This document shows, in pieces, positions 48,870 to 57,408 of a DNA stretch of 64,000 nucleotides. The number at the start of each line of letters is the position of its first letter. Position 1 is the stretch's first letter. Origin of the DNA: a virus. Its lineage: Duplodnaviria > Caudoviricetes. The notes below the pieces were generated by a model, which saw only the letters and a program-made list of their open reading frames with translations, had not been told where the DNA came from and made no database searches. The translations under genes and the position numbers were made by a program. The stretch is from the IMG/VR virus record IMGVR_UViG_2744054452_000001, positions 16,516 to 80,515 of that record. The stretch is one strand, 5' to 3'.

Positions 48870-48924
48870 AAAGGGGGCTCAGTGCGCCCCTGCGCAGTGC
48901 AGGGGCAAGGGTCAGGGGTGAGGG

Positions 48925-49188
48925 TTACAGCGCAGCGCGTGCGCGTTGCAATGCTTTGAATTGAGCGCGGGTCATAGTGCCCCCTTGTGGGGGCATGGTG
49001 GGCGCTTGTGGTGCGCGGGCTTCATCGTCTGCCCAGCGTGCCCACGGTTTGCGGGCTGCGCTTGCTTGCATGAGTTCTAGGGCTTCGGTCTGAAACACGA
49101 ACCCAGCACGGGGCGCGCTGGGCATGTGACCCGTAGTCCCATTGGTGCGATACATAACCCCATCGTCGTCATACTTGATAACTGTCAT
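48925..49188 (-). CDS. hypothetical early protein
   Basis: ATGA overlap with the upstream ORF. Confidence 0.6.
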   Translation of the reverse strand: MTVIKYDDDGVMYRTNGTTGHMPSAPRAGFVFQTEALELMQASAARKPWARWADDEARAPQAPTMPPQGGTMTRAQFKALQRARAAL

Positions 49189-49388
49189 TTCGCGCCCCTT
49201 GCATTGAAACGGTTTTGCATGGTGCTAGGTGCTTTGATAACCATCACGATACTGACAAAGAACGCTGCAAGCTGAATGCAGAGTGCAGTGTCTCGCGTAA
49301 TGTGCCCTGCGATATTGAGGGCGATAGAGAGCACGGGGGCAATGATGCTAATCATCATTGCAAGAATTTCGGTTTGGTTCTTATTCAT
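49185..49388 (-). CDS. small 2-TM membrane protein
   Basis: Two hydrophobic helices. Confidence 0.6.
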   Translation of the reverse strand: MNKNQTEILAMMISIIAPVLSIALNIAGHITRDTALCIQLAAFFVSIVMVIKAPSTMQNRFNARGAK

Positions 49389-49448
49389 GTTCGCTATGCA
49401 CGGGGGTTCTTAGCCCCCTGCATAAGTAAGTCAGTTCTGAGTTATCAA

Positions 49449-50183
49449 TTAAGCAAACATTGCTTCGATCTGACCGGGAGTTGCACGCCCCATCAATTCA
49501 AGAAACGCGACAGTCATAGGGTGCGCGCGGTTGATGGTGTACGCTGCATTCTTGCCCTTGCCCACTGCATGCACTGCCCCGCAGACTTGCAAGAATCCCG
49601 ACTTCCCTACACTGCGGGAAATTTGCGTGGGCATGGTGCCCTTGTCGATCTGGGCGAGTTTTGCGCGAATCGCAGAGCGGGCAACGCCCCGAGTGTCTGC
49701 GCTCATTCCCTCGTTTTTCACTGCCCCCGTGCCCAGATACAGCAAAGCATCGTTTTGCAGGGGTTTACCGTCTGCATAGTCAAGCGCGAGCAAAATAACT
49801 GCGCTTGTCTTGTCGATGCTTTCCCACTTCGGGACAGGTGCGCTAATTGCGCCCAGAAACTGATTAAAACGCTTGATAGCTTTCATGGGCGCCCCGGTGC
49901 AGTAAATGCGCGAGGTGTCAATTTTGAGCTTTTCAATCGCGTTATCTAACTCTTGAGTCAGTGCGAACGGGCTAGAAGTGTCACCGCTGATAATGCGCTG
50001 CATGTCTTCGCTGCCCTCGACCGTGATCCCCGTATCAGGGTCAATAAATGCCCATGTGCGGGAATCGTTGAAAATCGCTGCATAGCGGGTTTTGAATGTT
50101 TCGGTCTTGCCCTCTGTATTGCGAGCGAAAATTTCTTCGCGTTGCTGGGCAGTCAGAACCGTGGTCTTGTCGAATTTTGTCAT
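49449..50183 (-). CDS. hypothetical early protein (244 aa)
   Basis: AAAGGGA RBS; first gene downstream of the AT-rich promoter block. Confidence 0.75.
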   Translation of the reverse strand: MTKFDKTTVLTAQQREEIFARNTEGKTETFKTRYAAIFNDSRTWAFIDPDTGITVEGSEDMQRIISGDTSSPFALTQELDNAIEKLKIDTSRIYCTGAPMKAIKRFNQFLGAISAPVPKWESIDKTSAVILLALDYADGKPLQNDALLYLGTGAVKNEGMSADTRGVARSAIRAKLAQIDKGTMPTQISRSVGKSGFLQVCGAVHAVGKGKNAAYTINRAHPMTVAFLELMGRATPGQIEAMFA

Positions 50184-50315
50184 TTTGAATCCCTTTAGGT
50201 TGATTAGGTTTGATTTACATGCGCCCTATGGTGAGCGCTATGTGATTAGAGACAGTCAGATTTTTAATGAACTGCCCCTAGGGGCTATGCTGTACTGCGA
50301 TCAGTGCAGCATGTT

Positions 50316-50530
50316 TGCATTGTAGCAGAGTTTTTTCTAGTAAATACAAAAATAATTATTTTTTGTGTTTACAGCTAAAACCCGCTGTATGCATCGCAGT
50401 GCTTGCTTGTGAGCATGTTTCGCTGCGATGGGGTCAATTATGCACCAATTTTTTAGGTATCCCGAGAAAAATTAGATAAATAATTATTTTTTGTTTTTTC
50501 GTGTATCCCAGCAAAAACTAAGCTATACTG
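50316..50530. promoter_or_regulatory. AT-rich divergent sigma70-type promoter block
   Basis: Minus-strand extended -10 TGCTACAAT (50319-50327); plus-strand TATACT (50524-50529); two AATAATTATTTTTTGT UP-like tracts. Confidence 0.55.
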
Positions 50531-50535
50531 CCTCC

Positions 50536-50790
50536 CATAGCGCAAGACGCTATGCAGTAGAATCGGTGCTAGTCACTGAGGGGCACCCCTCAGACTAGGT
50601 ACGAGGGGGAACCCTGCGTAACTGGAAAACGGTTTAATTCGATGCGTAGTCAGTACGCACTTATATCTGTTTTAATGCGATGCATAGTGAGCACTCGCAA
50701 CGCGAGATAGACCCACACAGCTCCCGTCCTATCCCATTGGGAGCCCTCTGCCGTATATAAAAATTGCGTCCTAAATGGATACGGGCTCGC
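50536..50790 (+). ncRNA. candidate structured small RNA
   Basis: No credible ORF; five hairpins in series starting about 7 nt after TATACT. Confidence 0.4.
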
Positions 50791-50912
50791 TGCCGTATAC
50801 AGATTTTTATGGGCTCGACGCATGCCCATAATGGAACACCGTGACGCAGGTGTCCCGGTGAGATCCTTGATCTCAGTTATTTTCTATAACCGTAGCGGTG
50901 TGCTACTTTCAT

Positions 50913-51203
50913 TTAGTGGATGCGCAAGAAAATCTCGTGCTCGTCCTTTATGCTGAATTCATCCAGGGGCTCTTCTCTACCTGCAAGTTGCTTGGTGGCG
51001 TAGTCGAAGAACTCTATTGCCTTCTGTATTGTTGGGAACTGTGCGTCGCCTTGTTGGATGCCGCTGCCCGCCTCGACACAAACCTCGAATGCCCTGCCGG
51101 ACTGTTCAAGCGTAAGTAGTATCTCGGCGCCGCCCTTCTTCACGCGGCGAAACATGATTCCATCGGTGATGGTTGCCGGTGTCTTACTTCTCATGGGTTG
51201 CAA
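50913..51203 (-). CDS. hypothetical protein
   Basis: 96-aa ORF with plausible composition. Confidence 0.55.
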   Translation of the reverse strand: MQPMRSKTPATITDGIMFRRVKKGGAEILLTLEQSGRAFEVCVEAGSGIQQGDAQFPTIQKAIEFFDYATKQLAGREEPLDEFSIKDEHEIFLRIH

Positions 51204-51494
51204 TTTTAAATGCCTGTGAGTGTTCGCTTACCGTGAGTCGCCGTTGACTGTGACTTCTCTGTGGCTTTACGTGGTATGTATGGCCTGTCATCTCTCCGAT
51301 CCCTCCGTGTGACATAGCCGGATTGTCACTGAAACACACTCAAATTCGGCACTCGATTACAGGAAGTTAATGCACCAAGATGGAGCAAAACGGAACTGCC
51401 TGAGCCTGGTCAACTGCCCGAGCCTGAGCCTGCCTGACCATTCTTAAGTGAGCCTGAACTAACCGGACTGCCACGGTGGATAGCCAAGAACGCA

Positions 51495-51516
51495 AAAAGC
51501 GGGCCAGGAGCCCGCT
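51495..51516 (-). terminator. intrinsic terminator
   Basis: Minus strand AGCGGGC-TCCTG-GCCCGCT followed by a T-tract. Confidence 0.6.
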
Positions 51517-51602
51517 AGGTGAGATGAGGGATGGATCAGATGGTGAGCGTCACACTGCAGAGGCAATTGTGTAAGTAGTATTCCTCATGGAATCGCAGTC
51601 AC

Positions 51603-51899
51603 TCAGCGCTGAGTTACCAGCCGGGCGCAGCCGGTCATGTCGTTGAAGAAGTCGAGAATCGCGCGCTTCACACTCTCGATGGACGCAAAGCCCGACTGCA
51701 CCAGGTAGTAGTCCAGGATCTCCAAGACGCTGTATTCGCGCTTGGCAGCTTGGATGAACCGATCTTCGTGCTCGTCGCATGGGCACACGGTGAAGGACGG
51801 GCCGCCGGAGGTGTCATAGCGCGCCAGGTCGAAGCTGATGGGCTGGGCACCGGGCATGGGAACCACGGTGAATGCATTAGGGATTTGAGTCGAGTTCAT
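51603..51899 (-). CDS. hypothetical protein
   Basis: Flanked by three 18-bp palindrome copies. Confidence 0.6.
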   Translation of the reverse strand: MNSTQIPNAFTVVPMPGAQPISFDLARYDTSGGPSFTVCPCDEHEDRFIQAAKREYSVLEILDYYLVQSGFASIESVKRAILDFFNDMTGCARLVTQR

Positions 51900-51990
51900 G
51901 GTTTTTATTGTCAGTTCTGACTTACGGATTGGGGCGCATTGTACTCAACTCTGACTTACACACGATCCATGTTTGCCACACGTCGCAGAC

Positions 51991-52392
51991 TCAGTTCCTG
52001 GGCATGTGCTTCTCAATCACATAGGTGCTCAATGCGTCCATCACATCTTCGTCACCCGGGACTGCCAGTGACTTCTCGCACGATTGCCATTCCTTGAGTG
52101 AACCACGGTGACGCAACAAGCCCGGGCCGCCCCACTCGCGCTCCTGGTCATCGTGGTCGATGTAGATCCAGTCATAGTCCTCATCGAGCCCTTCTGGGCC
52201 ATCGAGCATTGCATCGAGACTGATGAGACCGCTTGATGCGGCAACCAATGCTCCGCCCTCGGCGGTTGTGATGGCGGTGTACGTTCCCTGGTAGGAGCTC
52301 ACGCGCTCTTCCGCCAGGAAGTACGAGATCACGGTTTGGGTGCCGCGCCCCGAGTCATTCATGGTCAGTGAGTCGCAATAGATTTGTTTCAT
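51991..52392 (-). CDS. hypothetical acidic protein
   Basis: 133-aa ORF with typical codon usage. Confidence 0.6.
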   Translation of the reverse strand: MKQIYCDSLTMNDSGRGTQTVISYFLAEERVSSYQGTYTAITTAEGGALVAASSGLISLDAMLDGPEGLDEDYDWIYIDHDDQEREWGGPGLLRHRGSLKEWQSCEKSLAVPGDEDVMDALSTYVIEKHMPRN

Positions 52393-52707
52393 GCCCGGTA
52401 TTGTCAGACAGGGTCACGGCTGGGTCGGGGGATATGCTCTGCACGCTCCACTCCCCATGGGTGATACGCGGGCACGCCCGAACATATAAAAGCGCATGGG
52501 CGCGCGCCCGCACGAATCTCACCACCTTATAGGAAGCTCACAGGTATAAGGTAGTTGCTGGCGCCCTATAAGCCACAATGGATCTGCCCTATAAGGTAGT
52601 GCTGGATTCTTGGCTTATACGTGGAGCGGGTCTGCCATGGTGGACGTGGTGCCGCGATCCAGGTTGGATGCCGGCCGCGCTGGACTCAGGAGCTGTCCAT
52701 GACCCGT

Positions 52708-52909
52708 GCCTATGTCCATGTGGCACCTTAGCCGTACACGAAATCCACCCTGGCGGTCGGCCCGAGCCAGGTATGCGCCTATGTCCATGTGGCACCTTAG
52801 CCGTATGCCAAGTTCGCTATGCTTTCTGTAGCTGCCATCGCTTACGGGATAAGCGGTTGCTTCCAGTCTGGATGCACACCCATGTGGCCCCTTAGCCGTA
52901 CACGAAAAT
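52708..52909. repeat. direct repeats GCCTATGTCCATGTGGCACCTTAGCCGTA
   Basis: Identical 29-mers at 52708 and 52777; a partial third copy at 52880. Confidence 0.85.
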
Positions 52910-53393
52910 CATGGACACACTGCCCCAGCACCAGGGCGAAGGCATCAGCACCCTACCCATTCTGCCCAGGCACATCGAGCTCGGTCGTCCATGCTGGATG
53001 GGCAAGACCCAGGAATCTAGGCGACCCGTTTTCACTCTGGCGGGAAGCCACTGCCGAGGGGGTGGTTTGCCTTACGTCGAGGCTTGAGTTTATGTGTTCC
53101 TCTACAGGCACGGCGAAGGTGTGATTCTGGTCATTCCTATACCTGTAGGCGCATTGGTGGGTGAATGTGTGAGCGTGCCGGGTGTGGTTCGTTTTGGTGT
53201 GCCGATGGTTCTTGCTTGTTTCTCTACCTGTCGAGGCGCGTGATTGGTTCGGGTCTTTTCTCTTACCGGACGGGATGGTCTGCCTCTCGGTGGCGCATTG
53301 GTTTTGCTTCTCTCTATCACTGGTCGGCTCGGGCGACTTGGTGCGGGCGGTATTGGGGTGAGCCTTGATTGTGTTGACCGTATGTGCGGGGTG

Positions 53394-53482
53394 GGTGAGC
53401 CTGGTTGAGCCTGACTTTGATTGACTGCTTGGTGCGCGCTCTATTGGTGTTTTGTCTCGTGGTGAGCCTGGTTGAGCCTGAC
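53394..53482. repeat. direct repeat GGTGAGCCTGGTTGAGCCTGAC
   Basis: 22-mers at 53394 and 53461; further TGAGCCT cores near 53359, 53566 and 51401-51457. Confidence 0.8.
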
Positions 53483-53712
53483 CCTTGTGAACCGGTGCGC
53501 TATGCGGTTTGGTTGATCTCTCACCTATTGGGATTGCGCTTGCTGTGCCTGTGTTTGACTGACCCTGAGCCTGATTTAGCACCAGTCTTGCGCGGTTTTT
53601 GAGTGTCGCTATCTCGTTTGCGGCTTGTCTGCGCTTTTATTGACAGTATGCGCCGTAAGTCATTGATTTGATTTGTCTTTTCGACATTGTCAAATAGCCG
53701 TCTTGCGCAAAT

Positions 53713-53746
53713 AAAAAAAGCCCGCCAACTTATTCAGGAGGCGGGC
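53713..53746 (-). terminator. intrinsic terminator
   Basis: Minus strand GCCCGCC...GGCGGGC stem followed by T7. Confidence 0.6.
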
Positions 53747-53877
53747 ATTCAAACCTAATGCATGGGATTCAAAACCATGCTGAAAAGGCACTCCTGGGGA
53801 AAGCTCTTTCAGCATGGGGCTCATGTTGAGCCCTGTTGTGTCGCGGTGGGGTATTGTACCGTTTGCCCTACCGGCCC

Positions 53878-54237
53878 TTACCTGCCCTTGGAATAGAAAG
53901 AGTAGAGGTATGTGGCGTCCTCGACCGACTTTTTGAGCATGTCGTAGTTCTTCCTGTAGCTCTCTTCTACCAGGGGCTCCACGTTGTGCTCCTTTGCAAT
54001 TATTGCCGCCACTCTCTCGGTAGAGGCGCGGAGCGAATCGAAGGTTTTGAACTTGCGTGCGGTGTCTGCGTTGTTCCAGATCACATATACATGGCCAGGC
54101 ACTTCTTTATCGGGTGGTGAATACTCGGCCGGCACAAAGATGAATGAGACCTTCATGGCCAGGACGATCAGCACCAGGGCGATTACTGCGATGGGCCAGT
54201 ATTTGGCAGGGGACTTCTTGGATTGTTCTGCTGTCAT
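53878..54237 (-). CDS. membrane-anchored hypothetical protein
   Basis: Single N-terminal TM helix. Confidence 0.6.
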   Translation of the reverse strand: MTAEQSKKSPAKYWPIAVIALVLIVLAMKVSFIFVPAEYSPPDKEVPGHVYVIWNNADTARKFKTFDSLRASTERVAAIIAKEHNVEPLVEESYRKNYDMLKKSVEDATYLYSFYSKGR

Positions 54238-54291
54238 GGGCAAGGATTCTATGGGGCCAGTGCCTCACGGAATCCTTGTTTGACAGGAAGA

Positions 54292-54594
54292 TCAACGCTC
54301 CAGGCATGTGACCTTGGTTATCGGCCTCCCGCTATATGCGTACAGCAGCTGACTGTATGTGCCGGTGAAGATGACGGTCGGGGAGTCCCTGAATTCCACT
54401 GACCAGCGACAGACCGCCATTGCCTTGAGAATGCTGACCGCTTGCTGCTCCAGCGTGCCTCCCCTGCAGGAGCTACACATTCCGTCCTTGAGTGACGCAT
54501 AGCCCCGTTTGCAACCGCAGATGTACTGACCTGGCCGCGTGGTGCTGGGGCGCGGCGGCTTGTCAGGCGCGCTCTTGAATCTGCGCTTGGTCAT
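54292..54594 (-). CDS. hypothetical Cys-rich protein
   Basis: CGC...CSSC; ATGA overlap. Confidence 0.6.
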   Translation of the reverse strand: MTKRRFKSAPDKPPRPSTTRPGQYICGCKRGYASLKDGMCSSCRGGTLEQQAVSILKAMAVCRWSVEFRDSPTVIFTGTYSQLLYAYSGRPITKVTCLER

Positions 54595-55049
54595 GCTCGC
54601 CCCAGCATGCTCAGCAGATCAGCCGAGAACTGCTTTTGCTTTGCCCTGGCGGCCTCCAGCTTCGCTCGATCGGCCTTGCTGATGTAGCGCTCGTGCCGTT
54701 TGGTGTTCCAGGGCTGCTTGCGGAGAGTCCTGACCTTGCGGAATGACACACTTACGTCCCACTCAAAGCCGCCGTAATGAGGGTCGAACCTCTTGATGTA
54801 GCTGACCTCGTAAGCCACGGCCAGGCGCCAGCGATCCCCTGCTTTCATCTTCTTGCAGCGCCCGGGTGCCTCGTACACATGCCCATCGAGCATGCCGAAC
54901 TCTTCGACCGCCGCGGCGATGCTGCTTTCGTCCAGGCCCGAGCCCGACTGCACGAATGGAGCAGTGCTGTAGGTGCGGCGCCCATTCGTGTCATTGCCGG
55001 CGTCGATCACCAGCAGAGCCTTGCCCCTGATTGTGTGAGAGTTAGTCAT
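54591..55049 (-). CDS. hypothetical protein
   Basis: Overlapping stop/start chain. Confidence 0.65.
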   Translation of the reverse strand: MTNSHTIRGKALLVIDAGNDTNGRRTYSTAPFVQSGSGLDESSIAAAVEEFGMLDGHVYEAPGRCKKMKAGDRWRLAVAYEVSYIKRFDPHYGGFEWDVSVSFRKVRTLRKQPWNTKRHERYISKADRAKLEAARAKQKQFSADLLSMLGRA

Positions 55050-55306
55050 TACTTTCTATCCTGACATTGCAGGGGAACATTGATGCCCTTGCGTGCTGCG
55101 AATTCCTTGGTCAGCCAGAAGTTCTTCTTGCTGGTGTAGTTGCCGTCCTTGTCGCGGCACTTGTAGCCAGGTTCGGTGCGGCCAACGACTGTCCTGGTGC
55201 CAACGATCTCCCAGCTGGAGTGATCGGGGTGTGAGGAAGGGTGAATGTTCTCCGGGCCGCCCACGGCCTTGAAGAACTGATCCTTCGTGACTTCGACCAT
55301 GCTCAT
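55049..55306 (-). CDS. hypothetical protein
   Basis: Overlapping stop/start chain. Confidence 0.65.
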   Translation of the reverse strand: MSMVEVTKDQFFKAVGGPENIHPSSHPDHSSWEIVGTRTVVGRTEPGYKCRDKDGNYTSKKNFWLTKEFAARKGINVPLQCQDRK

Positions 55307-55749
55307 AAGCCGTTCTTCCTCATGATTTCGTCCAGGGTGCTCGGGCCGCCCGCTGCCTCACTGACGCGGCGCGAGAGGTCGGTTGGCCAGCACGATGCAG
55401 GCAGCAGGCGCTTGTCCCACATATCGCGCATGTGGGCGTCGATTTCGGCCAGCAGCGCTGCATTGCGGTCGTTGCGGTCGAAGTCAGGTGCCTTGCCCAG
55501 CGGGGGCTTCCAGAGTTCGCCGCCGTGGTAGGTGTAGCCGCGCCCCAGCAGCGTGCGCTCAGCGGCCTGGAGCCGGCGAGCTGAGTCATCTATCGCCATC
55601 ACGAGCGGATCACCCATACCTGCTGCATAGGCATCACGAGACCGCTGCTTGTCGCCTTTGTTCGCAGGGTCATAACGGGAATACCAGCTCTCAAATGAGC
55701 TATCACCAACATGCAGCCGTGGCGTGCTGTCTTGGTAGGGCGCTCTCAT
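55303..55749 (-). CDS. hypothetical protein
   Basis: ATG 55749 with AGGAGG RBS and ATGA overlap; GYTYHGGELWKPPLG motif. Confidence 0.65.
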   Translation of the reverse strand: MRAPYQDSTPRLHVGDSSFESWYSRYDPANKGDKQRSRDAYAAGMGDPLVMAIDDSARRLQAAERTLLGRGYTYHGGELWKPPLGKAPDFDRNDRNAALLAEIDAHMRDMWDKRLLPASCWPTDLSRRVSEAAGGPSTLDEIMRKNGL

Positions 55750-56315
55750 GCGACCTCCTTGATACAGGTGCCGCAGGGGCAGTGACTTTCCTTTTTCAGA
55801 TCCCAGCCGGCCTCGCGCGAGATACGGAAGTGCCCGCACAGGGATTCACCATTGCGGAAGAAGTGCTCGATCTTCGACCCGTAGAGGGCCGTGAAGCCGC
55901 CGATTTCAAAGGCGCGCTTGGCGATCATTTCGAGAATGTCGGACTTGGTCAGCTCGCGGTCGAGCCATTCATCGTCGTCCTCCGTGACCTTGTAGCCCAG
56001 GATCTCAACATCCTTGTACTTGGGCAGCTCGATGATGTAGTCGATGCGCGGCTCGTTCTCCTGGCTCCAGCGTTTGACCAGGCGGGCACCCTTGGCCAGC
56101 ATGGGCGGCACCGTGGCCTCAAAGTCTGCCTCGTCGTCGGCCGACCACCAGATTTGACCCAGCTCAAGGTGTGCGTAGCGCTCCGGCAGCGCCTTCGCCT
56201 CCTTTGCGATGTTGGCCAGGTGCTTGTTGAGAGCCTTGCGGTCGCCGGCCTCCCACAGCCTGTAGGCTTCGCTGTTGCGGGCAATGAGCCCTCCGTTGTA
56301 TTCGACGGTGCTCAT
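55746..56315 (-). CDS. hypothetical protein with C-terminal Zn-binding motif
   Basis: H...SLCG...CGTC; AGGAGG RBS. Confidence 0.65.
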   Translation of the reverse strand: MSTVEYNGGLIARNSEAYRLWEAGDRKALNKHLANIAKEAKALPERYAHLELGQIWWSADDEADFEATVPPMLAKGARLVKRWSQENEPRIDYIIELPKYKDVEILGYKVTEDDDEWLDRELTKSDILEMIAKRAFEIGGFTALYGSKIEHFFRNGESLCGHFRISREAGWDLKKESHCPCGTCIKEVA

Positions 56316-56319
56316 TGCC

Positions 56320-56778
56320 TTATGCCTCCTTCGTGTAGATGGCGATCTTGTGATAGTTGGTGGGCACCGGGGAGATCGAGGAGCCCAGAACCGTGCGACT
56401 GCCGGCCTGTGCCTTCTTCAAGTCGTTCTCGTTCAGGTAGCCGGCCGGGGTGAGCGCTTCGCTGGCGGACTTGCGCGCAACCAGGGCATACAGGCGCTCC
56501 AACTGCTTTGCCAGCATCAGGGCGTCATTGAGCATGTTGCCCTTGAAGTCAGTGATCCAGAAGACCTCGCCGGAATCGGTGCGGCCGTAGATGCTCCACT
56601 CGGTTTCGACGCCGCGGGGTGCCGGATCAAGCGAGCAGTGATAAACCTCGCCAGACGTGGGATGTGTCCATGTTTGATGCAGCTCGGTCGTGCCGTTCCA
56701 TTCCGACCATCCGTTGCTCATCACGGGGAGAATGGCGATACCGATTACTCGGGCGATCATGTTGCAGGCATTGCACAT
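56320..56778 (-). CDS. hypothetical protein
   Basis: Operon packing. Confidence 0.55.
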   Translation of the reverse strand: MCNACNMIARVIGIAILPVMSNGWSEWNGTTELHQTWTHPTSGEVYHCSLDPAPRGVETEWSIYGRTDSGEVFWITDFKGNMLNDALMLAKQLERLYALVARKSASEALTPAGYLNENDLKKAQAGSRTVLGSSISPVPTNYHKIAIYTKEA

Positions 56779-56840
56779 ATTTGGCTTTCTGTTGCTGTGT
56801 AAATTCGTTCTAACGCTTATGATTAAAGCGTTTCAAGCTA

Positions 56841-57098
56841 TTATTTTGTGAGCGTTGGTGCGGCGCAAAGAGCGGCGATTTGCTCCCGGCTCATCAGGCG
56901 CGTCAGGTGGTGGGTCTTGACCCACTCAATGTCCTTGGGCGTCATGGCGCGGTCGGGCTTGTCGCCCTCTTTGCCGTGTGAGCTGACCATCCAGTTCTTG
57001 AGGTCGTAGTACCAATAGCGGCGCGTGGTGGACGAAAAGCCCATCACCACCTCCTTGACCTCAAGCAGGCCCGGCTCTACAAGGGTGCGGTACAGCAT
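56841..57098 (-). CDS. hypothetical protein
   Basis: ATG 57098 (MLYRTLVEPG), TGATG overlap, GGAG RBS. Confidence 0.6.
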   Translation of the reverse strand: MLYRTLVEPGLLEVKEVVMGFSSTTRRYWYYDLKNWMVSSHGKEGDKPDRAMTPKDIEWVKTHHLTRLMSREQIAALCAAPTLTK

Positions 57099-57397
57099 CA
57101 GAGGGCTCGCTCCTGAATGAATACCGGGCAGCCGATGCGGGCCTTGTGGTTCATGGTGTGGCGCGTGTACTTGGTGAACACGCTCCATTCGCCCTTCTCA
57201 AGGACGGCAAACACGTAGCGATACGGGAAATACTGCTTCATGCGGTTCAGCTCCAGGCGAACGCGCTCGGGAACCTCGACACTGGAATTCGCAGAGACTT
57301 CCTGCAGGGGGTTTTCTGGTCGCGGCTCACGACGCTGACGCGGAGGGCGCCCGCGCTTGGCTGGGCTACTCGTGGTGGTGATTGGTGTTGCTTGCAT
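57098..57397 (-). CDS. hypothetical protein with AT-hook-like KRGRPP
   Basis: ATG 57397 just downstream of an 18-bp palindrome. Confidence 0.55.
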   Translation of the reverse strand: MQATPITTTSSPAKRGRPPRQRREPRPENPLQEVSANSSVEVPERVRLELNRMKQYFPYRYVFAVLEKGEWSVFTKYTRHTMNHKARIGCPVFIQERAL

Positions 57398-57408
57398 AAC
57401 TAAGAGTG

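Noticed and set aside
48435-50529. Simple low-GC horizontally acquired island, or Dam/Dnd-site avoidance
   Set aside because: GGG, CCC, GGT and ACC remain common, GATC and GAAC are present, and the region carries the phage's own 18-bp operator (49427), so the depletion is motif-specific and native.
52708-52909. CRISPR array
   Set aside because: Only two identical repeats plus a partial third, irregular spacing and no cas genes; kept only as an unexplained repeat.
52953-53582. 209-aa minus-strand CDS
   Set aside because: Low-complexity T/S/H/Q/R composition is explained by the nucleotide skew; weak start; probably non-coding.
50200-53870. tRNA genes or integrase/att site in the intergenic regions
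   Set aside because: No cloverleaf with T-loop/CCA pattern and no recombinase ORF recognised by eye; a tRNAscan run would be needed to exclude them fully.
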